Shown here piece after piece: positions 39,559 to 48,975 of a stretch of 64,000 bases of DNA. A program made the translations under genes and the position numbers. The DNA is from an uncultured Pelagibacteraceae bacterium (lineage in GTDB: Bacteria > Pseudomonadota > Alphaproteobacteria > Pelagibacterales > Pelagibacteraceae), in NCBI GenBank assembly GCA_902539745.1, contig CACBKA010000005.1, forward strand, positions 10,957-74,956. The letters run 5' to 3'. The notes under the pieces were generated by a model. The model saw only the letters and a program-made list of their open reading frames with translations. It did no database searches and had not been told where the DNA came from. Numbering within the stretch: position 1 is the stretch's first letter; each line of letters starts with the position of its first letter.

Positions 39559-40113
39559 ATGGTTTTAACTAAAACACCTATATGTAATTTTGGTGAAAAA
39601 ACTAAATCTTTTGAGCTCAAAGGAATTGATGGTCAATTACACAAATTAGAAGACCACATTGGGAAGAATGGTTTGTTGATTATGTTTATTTGCAATCACT
39701 GCCCTTATGTAAAAGCTGTAATAAGAGATATTGTTGAGGATTGTAAAAATTTAAAAAAAGAAGGTGTAAATTCAATTGCAATTATGTCTAATGATACAAA
39801 GGAGTATCCCGAGGACTCCTTTGATAATATGAAAATTTTTAGTAAAAAATTTAATTTTTCTTTTCCTTATTTAATAGATGAAACTCAAATTGTAGCTAAA
39901 CAATATGGTGCCGTATGTACGCCAGATTTTTTTGGTTATAATAGTAAAATGGAACTACAGTACAGGGGTAGAATAAGAGAACTAAAAGATTTAAAACCAG
40001 TTGGTTCAGGTAAAAGTGACTTAATTAGAGCAATGCAATTAATAATAAAAACTAAAAAAGGGCCAAAAGAACAAATCCCTAGCATGGGCTGCAATATCAA
40101 ATGGACTAAATAA
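39559..40113 (+). CDS. Thioredoxin-fold thiol-disulfide oxidoreductase (AhpC/TSA-like)
   Basis: CNHCPYV redox motif. 184 aa. Confidence 0.75.
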   Translation: MVLTKTPICNFGEKTKSFELKGIDGQLHKLEDHIGKNGLLIMFICNHCPYVKAVIRDIVEDCKNLKKEGVNSIAIMSNDTKEYPEDSFDNMKIFSKKFNFSFPYLIDETQIVAKQYGAVCTPDFFGYNSKMELQYRGRIRELKDLKPVGSGKSDLIRAMQLIIKTKKGPKEQIPSMGCNIKWTK

Positions 40114-41207
40114 TGTTTGTTATTTCAACAAGAAACTTTCCACCCGAAATTGGAGGAATGCAAAATTTGATTGGTGGTTTAGCTAATGAATTGGTGAATC
40201 ATGGTCCGGTAACAGTATTTGCAGATAAAACTGTTAGGCAAGAAGAGTACGATAAAGTTTCTAAGGCTACAATTGAAAGATTTGGTGGATTTAAACTTTT
40301 TAGAAAATACAGAAAGGCAAATAGGATTTCAGAATTTATCAAAGAAAACGAGAGCATAAGATCAATTTTCTTTGATCACTGGAAAAGTGTTGAAAAAATT
40401 AATTTAAATAATATTAAAAATATACCATCGTTCTGTCTTATTCACTCCAAAGAGATAAATCACGAAAAAGGTACAAGTTCAAACAAAAGGGTTTTGCTTT
40501 CACTTGAAAAAGTTAAGTTTATTATTGCAAATTCTAGATTTACAAAGACTTTAGCTATTAATGTTGGTTTGCCTGAAAAAAAAATTCATATTATTCATCC
40601 TGGGCATGATGAACCTATAGATATCGAGAAAAGATTTATAAATGAGTCAAAAAAAATTTATGGCGATAGTTTCCCTAAAATTTTAACAGTAGCAAGGTTA
40701 GAAAAAAGAAAGAATCATCAAAATATTTTGATGTGTATTAGAAATTTAAAAGAAAAATTTCCAAAAATTAAGTATATAATTGTAGGTGACGGTGATGAAA
40801 AGAAGAAACTATTATCATTGGTTTATGAGCTTAGATTGGAAAAAGAAGTAATTTTTTTAAATAATATTGATCAAAAATTAAAAATATCTCTCATTCAAAC
40901 TTCTGATTTGTTTTTAATGCCATCAATAAAATACAAAAGATCTGTAGAGGGATTTGGAATATCTTTTATAGAAGCTGCAAGCTATGGCGTGGGTTCAATT
41001 GGTGGGAGAGATGGTGGAGCCGAAGATGCTATAATAAATAATGAAACCGGTTTAATTTGTGATGGTCAGGATATAGGATCAATCTATAACAGCATTGTGG
41101 AATTTTTCAGAAACGATAACTATAAAAAATTTGGATCAAGCGCTATAAAATTTTCTGAACACTTTACTTGGAAAAAAATAATTAGACAGTATTTAGATCT
41201 CATTTAG
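40113..41207 (+). CDS. GT4-family (GT-B) glycosyltransferase
   Basis: C-terminal E-x7-E context SVEGFGISFIEAASYG. 364 aa. Confidence 0.8.
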   Translation: MFVISTRNFPPEIGGMQNLIGGLANELVNHGPVTVFADKTVRQEEYDKVSKATIERFGGFKLFRKYRKANRISEFIKENESIRSIFFDHWKSVEKINLNNIKNIPSFCLIHSKEINHEKGTSSNKRVLLSLEKVKFIIANSRFTKTLAINVGLPEKKIHIIHPGHDEPIDIEKRFINESKKIYGDSFPKILTVARLEKRKNHQNILMCIRNLKEKFPKIKYIIVGDGDEKKKLLSLVYELRLEKEVIFLNNIDQKLKISLIQTSDLFLMPSIKYKRSVEGFGISFIEAASYGVGSIGGRDGGAEDAIINNETGLICDGQDIGSIYNSIVEFFRNDNYKKFGSSAIKFSEHFTWKKIIRQYLDLI

Positions 41208-42131
41208 ATCTGTTTTAATTTTACTAATTACGGTATCAACTTTTAAATCTTTTAAATTTTTAACTTCTAATGCTTTCATGTTATTTTCACCAATACTTAC
41301 TTTTTGTGGTGAAGTGTGGCTTCCAAATAAAGCAAGACCTTTCTTATTTAAATGTGATGATATATGCGCTGGACCCGTGTCATTAGAAACAATATAACTT
41401 GCTTCTTTTATAAAACTTACTAGCTCTATTAAATCTAAAGCATTTCCATTATTCAAAATAACATTTGCATTTAAGTTTTTAGCTTTTTCTATTTCATTTG
41501 AAGCAGGAGCAATAACTATATTGTATTTGCCCGCAAATAAAGATTTCATTTCTTTAATCAACTCATAATAATAAGGCCAAATTTTATTTTTATGTTTTCC
41601 GGAACTAAAGGGAAATATCGCTATATACTTCCCATCGATATGTTGATTTATTAAAGGTTTAATATTTTTAAAAGCCCAAGTTAAATCTAAATTTTCCGTA
41701 TATTTAGTTTTAATTAGACTTTTTTGCAATTGAACTTTCATCCTTTTTAAAACAGGTTCTTTATCAAAATCTGATTTTTTCTGGTCTTTCTCTAATGACG
41801 TATCCGAACTTGACCAGTCTATACCTCTAAATAAAAAATTTCTGTAAAAATTTGTTCTAGAGGAGTTTTGTAAATCAAATACTTTTTCAAAAGAAAATCT
41901 ATTTAACATTTTTTTTAATTTAAATAGATAAAATAAATTCCATCTTGGAAGCCTTCTATCTATAAGAACCCCGTTTATATATGGGCAGTTTGACATAAAA
42001 TTTACATATGGAGGAGTTGTCATTAAAAGAACATTATCGCTTGGAAAAGACTCTTTAATATCTTTCATTGCTCCATTTGCTTGGATTAAGTCTCCCAAAG
42101 AACCATGCTTGATAATCAATATATTTGACAT
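41193..42131 (-). CDS. GT9-family glycosyltransferase (heptosyltransferase-like)
   Basis: N-terminus ILIIKHGSLGDLIQANGAMKDI, and SNDTGPAHI. 312 aa. Confidence 0.8.
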   Translation of the reverse strand: MSNILIIKHGSLGDLIQANGAMKDIKESFPSDNVLLMTTPPYVNFMSNCPYINGVLIDRRLPRWNLFYLFKLKKMLNRFSFEKVFDLQNSSRTNFYRNFLFRGIDWSSSDTSLEKDQKKSDFDKEPVLKRMKVQLQKSLIKTKYTENLDLTWAFKNIKPLINQHIDGKYIAIFPFSSGKHKNKIWPYYYELIKEMKSLFAGKYNIVIAPASNEIEKAKNLNANVILNNGNALDLIELVSFIKEASYIVSNDTGPAHISSHLNKKGLALFGSHTSPQKVSIGENNMKALEVKNLKDLKVDTVISKIKTDLNEI

Positions 42132-42165
42132 TAAAAGTTAAAATAACATAATTTATAAATATTCA

Positions 42166-42552
42166 ATGAAAAAAATTTTAGCTGAAATTTCTCTGGGCGA
42201 ATTAGCAGATAAACTTACTATTTTAGAGATCAAGCTCAAAAAAATAGAGGATAAAGAATCAATTAATATTATTAATAAGGAATATCAAAGTCTAAATAAT
42301 ATTGATTTAAAAGGTATAGATTTAAAAAAATACAAAGCCCTTTTTAATGAACTTAAGTCGGTAAACGAAAAACTGTGGGATATTGAAAATGAAAAAAGAT
42401 TATTGGAAAAAAATTCGCACTTTGAAGATAAATTTATTCAAGTTTCAAGAAATGTTCATTTCATGAATGATAAAAGAGCTAAAATTAAAAAAGAGATAAA
42501 TAGGACATTTGGATCAAATATTGAAGAAGTTAAAGAGTATACTAAGTACTAA
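42166..42552 (+). CDS. Conserved hypothetical helical protein (possibly DUF6165-like)
   Basis: 128 aa. GELADKLTILEIKLKKI ... NEKLWDIENEKR ... MNDKRAKIKKEIN. The family assignment is from memory only. Confidence 0.45.
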   Translation: MKKILAEISLGELADKLTILEIKLKKIEDKESINIINKEYQSLNNIDLKGIDLKKYKALFNELKSVNEKLWDIENEKRLLEKNSHFEDKFIQVSRNVHFMNDKRAKIKKEINRTFGSNIEEVKEYTKY

Positions 42553-43601
42553 GATTGATCTTTATTTAATAATGAAGAAGCAAAGTTCCATCTACAGTCG
42601 AAGCTAGGTATGAAAACCTCATCAAGTACAACATTACCAAAATTATTTTTTAATAAATCTAACCAATTTTTAACTTGCTTTGGTTTTTTTGACATGCAAC
42701 CCACTTGTGCTGTTAAAACACCATCCGGTTTTAAAATTCTTTTTAGACCTTTCATATTTTTAGCTGCTAGATTTATACAAAACTGATCATCATTTAGATC
42801 AACAAAAATTTTATCATATTTAGAATCTTTTACTTTTTTTATACTTTCAAAAGCATCCCCCCAATATGTTTTTACTTTATTGTTAGCTTTAGTATCTCCA
42901 CAAATTTTTGGAAGGTGTTTTTGACAAACTTTGACTACTTCAGGGTCTAGTTCATACCAATCAATTAAATCAAAGCCTTTTGATAACAATTCTCTTGCTA
43001 CGCCTCCGTCTCCACCGCCTATTATTGCGGCACTTGAGTTATTTTTTTGTAAATTCAGTGCGGAGGAAACAAATTGACTGCTATATTTTTTTTCATCTTT
43101 TTCTGCAACTTGCAATTCACTATCAATAAATAATGCGCATCCAAATTCCTCCAATTTAAGTATTTCAATATGCTGACCTGCTTTAGATACAAAGTTTTCT
43201 AAAGCATCAGTCACCACATAATATTTCTTGTGTCCAGGCGTACTATATATATCTTCATAAACTCCTTTGTTGCTTCTATCAAAACTTCTTACTACGGCTC
43301 TTTCATGTTTAATTTCTTCTTTTAAAATATCTAGTGCTGCAGTAGGTGAAATCTTACCACACGTAAAAAAATCGAAACTAATTATTCCCTTTTCAGGAAA
43401 AGTATGAAAACTCATATGGCTCTCTGCTAAGAGTGCTAAACAAGTATATCCCTGAGGTTTAAATATTTTTTCTGCGATGTTAAGGACTTCAATTTTGGCT
43501 TTTTTTGCTATTTTATATATAACCTTATTATAAAAATCTGGAGCGTAATCTCGTTTTACGCCTAAAAAATCTATCGTTACGTGTTCTCCAACTTTTTTCA
43601 T
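42549..43601 (-). CDS. Fusion of pyruvoyl-type S-adenosylmethionine decarboxylase (SpeD/SpeH) and spermidine synthase (SpeE)
   Basis: The N-terminal ~110 aa contain HVTIDFLG and the self-cleavage/pyruvoyl site LLAESHMSFHTFPEKG. The C-terminal ~230 aa contain the aminopropyltransferase motif IIGGGDGGVARELL. 350 aa. Confidence 0.8.
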   Translation of the reverse strand: MKKVGEHVTIDFLGVKRDYAPDFYNKVIYKIAKKAKIEVLNIAEKIFKPQGYTCLALLAESHMSFHTFPEKGIISFDFFTCGKISPTAALDILKEEIKHERAVVRSFDRSNKGVYEDIYSTPGHKKYYVVTDALENFVSKAGQHIEILKLEEFGCALFIDSELQVAEKDEKKYSSQFVSSALNLQKNNSSAAIIGGGDGGVARELLSKGFDLIDWYELDPEVVKVCQKHLPKICGDTKANNKVKTYWGDAFESIKKVKDSKYDKIFVDLNDDQFCINLAAKNMKGLKRILKPDGVLTAQVGCMSKKPKQVKNWLDLLKNNFGNVVLDEVFIPSFDCRWNFASSLLNKDQS

Positions 43602-43697
43602 TGTATCAACCTTTTTTAACGACTCTTTAATTTTTTAACTTGTTATTTAATTTTTTACAACTAAAAATATTCTTGTTAATAAAAAAGGAGATTGATT

Positions 43698-45731
43698 TTG
43701 AGAAACAATTGGTCAAACAAAATTGCAAACCGTTATGTAAAAAAGTACAAAAAACTTGGTTTTTCTAAGGATTTGGCTTTAAGAGTCTATACAACTCGTC
43801 TTCTTGGAAGAAATCCTGAACTTGTTCTTCATGGCGGGGGTAATACATCTGTAAAAACTACGATTAACGATATAGACGGAAAAAAATATAATGTTTTATG
43901 TGTTAAAGGTAGTGGTTGGGATATGGCAGACATTGAGCCACCTGGTCTTCCGGCAGTAAAATTAGATCCCCTTTTAAGTCTTAGAAAGAAAAAATATTTG
44001 TCAGACGAAGATATGGTTGCTTTTCAAAAAAGAAATTTAATAGATATTAAATCTCCAAATCCTTCTGTAGAAACATTTCTACATGCCTTCTTGCCTTATA
44101 AATATGTGGACCACACACATGCTGATGCTGTAATGAATGTAACTAATAGACCAGGAGGACTAAATTTAAGTAAAAAAATATTTGGAAAAAAAGCTAGCAT
44201 TGTTCCTTATGTAATGCCTGGTTTTATGTTAGCAAAAAAAGTGAATGAGGTTTATTCTGAAAATCCAGATATCGAATGTCTAATACTTATGAATCACGGA
44301 ATTTTTACTTTCTCTAATGATTGTAAAAGAGCTTATGATTTAATGATTAAATACGTTTCTAAGGCAGAAAGAGCTGTTAAAAAATTAAGATCAAAAAAAA
44401 TAAAACAAATTAAAAAAAATAATATTAAATTTAATCCACATGATATTGCACCGATAGTAAGAGGTCTTTTATCAGAAAATAAAGATCAAAAATTTGTGAT
44501 TAATTATAGATTAAATAAACATCTTAAATACTTCATAAATGGTAAAAATGTCAGAACTTATACCTCAAAAGGTACAGCAACACCTGATCACGTAATAAGG
44601 GTAAAGCCATTCCCTCTAATTATTACACCTAAAAAAAATTCATCTATAGATGATTTTAAAAAGACCGCAGAAAAAGCTTTTGATAATTATAGAAAAAAAT
44701 ATGTAAATTATTTCAAAGTAAATAGTAAAAAAGTTAAAGGTAAAAAAGTTATGTTAGATACTTCGCCAAGAGTGGTTCTTGTGCAAAATGTTGGTATGTT
44801 TAGCGTTGGTAAAGATCTTGGTTCAGCTAAAATAGCAGGCGACTTAACAGAAACTAATGCAAAAGTGATTAGTTCTGTCGAAGAAACTTCTACATATAAA
44901 TTTATACCTGAAAAAGATCTTTTTGATGTTGAATATTGGTCGTTGGAGCAAGCTAAAATTAAAAAAAAGAAAAAACTTTTAGAGGGAAATATTGTTGTTA
45001 TAACTGGAGCCACAGGAACAATTGGTTTTGAAACCTATAAAATATTTAAAAGTTACGGGGCAGAAGTTGTTTTGCTAGATAACGATCTTAATCGTTTAAA
45101 AGAAGTTCAATTGAAAATTAAAGACCTTTGTATACATTGCGATGTTACAAATAAAAAAAGTGTAAAAAGAGCCTTTAAAATAATTTGCGAAAAGTTTGGT
45201 GGGTTCGATATTTTAATATCAAATGCAGGGGCTGCACCTGGAGGAGAAATAGGTGAAGTAAGTGATGAGATATTAAGAAAAAGTTTTGAAATTAATTTTT
45301 TCTCCCATCAAAACTGTGCTTCAGAAGCAATTAAAATTATGAAAAAACAAAATATTAATGGTTGTTTATTGTTCAATATTTCAAAACAATCTGTCAATCC
45401 AGGAAAGAATTTTGGACCATACGGTTTACCTAAATCGGCTTTATTAAGTTTGTGTAAACAATATGCAGTTGATTATGGATCTATAGGTATTAGATCTAAT
45501 GGAGTGAATGCTGATAGAATAAAAAGTGGTCTAATGACTGGTAAAATGATTAAGACAAGAGCAAAAGCTAGATCTGTAAGTGCGGAGACATACATGAGAG
45601 GAAATTTATTATCTAATGAGGTAAAAGCTGAGGATGTAGCAAAAGCTTTTTTTCATCTTGCAGTTTCTAAAAAAACAACTGGAGCTGTGCTTACAGTTGA
45701 TGGTGGTAACATTGCTGCTTCTTTAAGGTAA
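43698..45731 (+). CDS. Bifunctional class II aldolase/adducin domain - short-chain dehydrogenase fusion (RhaD/YuxG-type)
   Basis: Aldolase part: HGGGNTSVK, PSVETFLHAF, VDHTHAD. SDR part: ITGATGTIG, NAGAAPGG, YGLPK (YxxxK). AAGGAG at 43685-43690 favours the TTG at 43698 over the TTG at 43692. Confidence 0.85.
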   Translation: MRNNWSNKIANRYVKKYKKLGFSKDLALRVYTTRLLGRNPELVLHGGGNTSVKTTINDIDGKKYNVLCVKGSGWDMADIEPPGLPAVKLDPLLSLRKKKYLSDEDMVAFQKRNLIDIKSPNPSVETFLHAFLPYKYVDHTHADAVMNVTNRPGGLNLSKKIFGKKASIVPYVMPGFMLAKKVNEVYSENPDIECLILMNHGIFTFSNDCKRAYDLMIKYVSKAERAVKKLRSKKIKQIKKNNIKFNPHDIAPIVRGLLSENKDQKFVINYRLNKHLKYFINGKNVRTYTSKGTATPDHVIRVKPFPLIITPKKNSSIDDFKKTAEKAFDNYRKKYVNYFKVNSKKVKGKKVMLDTSPRVVLVQNVGMFSVGKDLGSAKIAGDLTETNAKVISSVEETSTYKFIPEKDLFDVEYWSLEQAKIKKKKKLLEGNIVVITGATGTIGFETYKIFKSYGAEVVLLDNDLNRLKEVQLKIKDLCIHCDVTNKKSVKRAFKIICEKFGGFDILISNAGAAPGGEIGEVSDEILRKSFEINFFSHQNCASEAIKIMKKQNINGCLLFNISKQSVNPGKNFGPYGLPKSALLSLCKQYAVDYGSIGIRSNGVNADRIKSGLMTGKMIKTRAKARSVSAETYMRGNLLSNEVKAEDVAKAFFHLAVSKKTTGAVLTVDGGNIAASLR

Positions 45732-45737
45732 ATTTTA

Positions 45738-46211
45738 TTAATCGTTTAAAAGAACTGGGAAAACTGGTTTCATTTTTAAAAATAATCTTTGATATTCTTG
45801 TTTTATACATTTATTCATAATGCAAGTCAGTCCAGCGGATTTGGAGATCTCCTCAGCCTCATTGTTTTGAATTCCAAACTGTAGCCACAGTGTCTTGGCT
45901 CCAACTTTGATTGCATTTTTTGCTATATCGGGAGTTTCTTTGGATGGTCTAAAAACATTTACAATATCTATTTGTGAAGAAATATCCTCTAATTTTTCAA
46001 CTATTTTTTCTCCATTAACTTTTTTTCCAACTGAAAATGGATTTACAGGTATAACTTTATATCCAAATTCCAAAAGATATTTCATAACAATTATCGAGGG
46101 CTTTAGTCTCATTTTGGCAACTGCTTCATTTTCCTTAGGAACACTTGCTCCAACCATTGCTATGATTTTAGAAGTCTGAAGTGTTTCTTTAATTAAATTA
46201 TCTGATGTCAT
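45738..46211 (-). CDS. CoA-binding domain protein (YccU-like)
   Basis: 157 aa. IAMVGAS...GYKVIPVNP pattern. Confidence 0.7.
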   Translation of the reverse strand: MTSDNLIKETLQTSKIIAMVGASVPKENEAVAKMRLKPSIIVMKYLLEFGYKVIPVNPFSVGKKVNGEKIVEKLEDISSQIDIVNVFRPSKETPDIAKNAIKVGAKTLWLQFGIQNNEAEEISKSAGLTCIMNKCIKQEYQRLFLKMKPVFPVLLND

Positions 46212-46993
46212 TTATCTTTCCAATTTGGTTTTCTTTTCTCAATGAAAGCAGATATACCCTCTTTTGCATCAATGGCCATCATATTTTCACTCATAACTCG
46301 GCTTGTAAATTTATAGGCTTTATCTAAAGGCATTTCTAATTGCTTATAGAAAGCTTTTTTTCCAATTTTTACAATCTTTTTAGACTTTGAAGAAATATTT
46401 TCTGCTAACTTTACAACTTCCTCTTCTAAATTATCGTTGCTAAAATGATCATTAATTAAACCGATATCTTTAGCATGTTTAGCGCTAACTGGTTCACCTG
46501 TTAAAAGCATTCTCATTGCTTTCTTTCTTGCAACGTTTCTGCTTAAAGCAACCATTGGGGTACTGCAGAAAAGACCTATGTTAACTCCTGGTGTTGAAAA
46601 AATTGCATCGTCAGTACTCAATGCTAAATCACAGGTAGCAACTAATTGACAGCCTGCTGCAAATGCTGCACCATGCACTTTTGCAATAACTGGTTTATTG
46701 CAATTTATTATTACCATCATCAGCTCAGAGCATAATTCAAATAGTTTTTTATAATTTGGTTTGCCTTTTAAAGATTTTACCTCTTTCAAATTATGACCAG
46801 CGCTAAATCCCTTTCCTGAACCTTCAATAATGATAACTCTAGTTTTTTGATCTTTATCAAGCTCTTTAAATCTACTTATTAATGATTTCAACATACTAGT
46901 TGATAAAGAATTATATGTTCCTGGATCGTTTAATTTTAGTCTAGTTATACCGCTATTTGATCCTTGTAAAATTGTATAAGAATTGTTTTTCAT
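46208..46993 (-). CDS. Enoyl-CoA hydratase/isomerase (crotonase) family protein
   Basis: 261 aa. VIIIEGSGKGFSAGHNLKE and HGAAFAAGCQLV oxyanion-hole segments. Confidence 0.85.
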   Translation of the reverse strand: MKNNSYTILQGSNSGITRLKLNDPGTYNSLSTSMLKSLISRFKELDKDQKTRVIIIEGSGKGFSAGHNLKEVKSLKGKPNYKKLFELCSELMMVIINCNKPVIAKVHGAAFAAGCQLVATCDLALSTDDAIFSTPGVNIGLFCSTPMVALSRNVARKKAMRMLLTGEPVSAKHAKDIGLINDHFSNDNLEEEVVKLAENISSKSKKIVKIGKKAFYKQLEMPLDKAYKFTSRVMSENMMAIDAKEGISAFIEKRKPNWKDK

Positions 46994-48060
46994 TTAAATA
47001 AACTTTCTAATCCCTCAATTGATGCATTACAAACACCTTTTTCTGTGATTAGGCCGGTTACATATTTGGCCGGGGTAATATCAAATGCTAAATTCATTGA
47101 TTGACTTTTTTCTGGATAAATTAGAACTTTTGTTAATTTATTATTTTTATCTAACCCCTCTACATGGGAGAGTTCTTCAGAATTTCTTTCTTCGATTGGA
47201 ATATCCTTAGAATTTTTTATATTCCAATCTATTGTTGAACTAGGCAATGCCACATAAAAGGGTACCTTATTATCATGTGCAGCAAGAGCTTTTAGATAAG
47301 TTCCAATTTTATTACAAACATCCCCGTTAGATAAAGTTCTGTCAGTTCCAACTATACACATATCTACTTGTCCTCTTTGCATTAAAATACCACCTGCATT
47401 ATCAGTAATTATTGTATTTGATATTCCCTCCTCATTTAGTTCATATGATGTAAGATTGGCCCCTTGGTTTCTAGGTCTTGTTTCGTCTACCCAAACATGA
47501 ACTTTAATACCTTTTTTATGTGCATGATATATTGGAGAAGTTGCAGTTCCCCAATCAATAGTTGCCAACCAACCAGCGTTACAATGAGTTAAGATATTTA
47601 TCGTGTCTTTCTTTTTTTTAGATATTTCTTCAATTATTTTTAAACCATTGAGTCCTATGTTTTTACAAAAACCAATATCTTCTTCACAAATATTTTTTGC
47701 TTCTTTTATAGCAATATTTAAAATTTCCTCACTATTAACTCCGGATAATTTTTTCATCATTCTATCAACTGCCCATTTTAGATTTATTGCAGTTGGTCTT
47801 GAATTGATCAGATCTTCACCCGATTTTTTTAAAAAAGACTGATCATTCTTTTCAATTATTGATAAAACTAATCCGTATGCTGCTGTTGCTCCAATTAATG
47901 GCGCTCCTCTCACTTCCATATTTTTAATCGCAAGAATTGCGTCTTTAACACTTTTTAATTCTTTTATAATAAATTGATGTGGAAGTTTTGTTTGGTCAAT
48001 TATTTTAACAATATTATTATCAAACCATATAGTTCTAAATGCTTTTCCGTTTATATTCAT
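46990..48060 (-). CDS. mtnA: S-methyl-5-thioribose-1-phosphate isomerase
   Basis: 356 aa. eIF-2B-related fold. MEVRGAPLIGATAAYG and VGTDR motifs. Confidence 0.9.
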   Translation of the reverse strand: MNINGKAFRTIWFDNNIVKIIDQTKLPHQFIIKELKSVKDAILAIKNMEVRGAPLIGATAAYGLVLSIIEKNDQSFLKKSGEDLINSRPTAINLKWAVDRMMKKLSGVNSEEILNIAIKEAKNICEEDIGFCKNIGLNGLKIIEEISKKKKDTINILTHCNAGWLATIDWGTATSPIYHAHKKGIKVHVWVDETRPRNQGANLTSYELNEEGISNTIITDNAGGILMQRGQVDMCIVGTDRTLSNGDVCNKIGTYLKALAAHDNKVPFYVALPSSTIDWNIKNSKDIPIEERNSEELSHVEGLDKNNKLTKVLIYPEKSQSMNLAFDITPAKYVTGLITEKGVCNASIEGLESLFK

Positions 48061-48932
48061 TTATTTTTAAAAACTCTTCCAGCTATATGTTTTAATTTTT
48101 CTTTAGTTTCTTTTGTCATTAATTTTAGATCTGTAATAATAGCTGTATCCAAACAATTGTTTGCTGGATCTTTTTCATCATAGAACTGTTTGTAGGTTTT
48201 AATTAATTCTTTAATCATGTTTTGTGCATTAGATGCATTATTTTGTAAAGTTTTAACAACCATAGCAACATCTACTTCGTCATGCTCAGAGTGCCAACAA
48301 TCATAATCCGTAACCATCGCTACCGTGCAATACCTAATTTCAGCTTCTCTTGCTAATTTTGCTTCGGGCATATTTGTCATACCAATTACGTCAGCTTTCC
48401 AAGATCTATATAAATTTGACTCTGCAAAAGTTGAAAACTGAGGGCCTTCCATAACTACGTACGTTCCTCCCATTTGATGTTTTATATCAAGTTTTTTTAG
48501 AACTTCTTCACAACATTCTCTTAAAATTTTGCTAGTTGGTTGGGCCATTGATACATGAGCAACAATTTCGTTATCAAAGAAGGTTTTTACTCTTGAAAAA
48601 GTTCTATCTATGAATTGATCAACAATGACAAATGTTCCTGGGTCTAAATTTCCTTTTAATGAACCTACAGCGGATACAGATATTAGATCGGTTACCCCAA
48701 GTTGTTTCATAGCATCAATGTTTGCTCTAAAGTTTATATTTGTGGGGCTTATTTTGTGACCTCTTGAGTGTCGAGGTATAAAACATATCTCATTTCCATA
48801 AAATTTTGCTATCATCACAGAGTCAGAGGGGCTTCCCCAAGGAGTATCTACTTTTTTCCACTTCGGTTTTTCAAAACCCTCCATTTTATACAAACCGCTT
48901 CCACCAATTATCCCAAGCTTTCTATTTTTCAT
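48057..48932 (-). CDS. mtnP: S-methyl-5'-thioadenosine phosphorylase
   Basis: LGIIGGSGLY and FIPRHSRGH motifs. 291 aa. Confidence 0.9.
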   Translation of the reverse strand: MKNRKLGIIGGSGLYKMEGFEKPKWKKVDTPWGSPSDSVMIAKFYGNEICFIPRHSRGHKISPTNINFRANIDAMKQLGVTDLISVSAVGSLKGNLDPGTFVIVDQFIDRTFSRVKTFFDNEIVAHVSMAQPTSKILRECCEEVLKKLDIKHQMGGTYVVMEGPQFSTFAESNLYRSWKADVIGMTNMPEAKLAREAEIRYCTVAMVTDYDCWHSEHDEVDVAMVVKTLQNNASNAQNMIKELIKTYKQFYDEKDPANNCLDTAIITDLKLMTKETKEKLKHIAGRVFKNK

Positions 48933-48975
48933 GATTTAATTATTAATCTTTTTTTGTTAGATAATGAAGTAAAAT

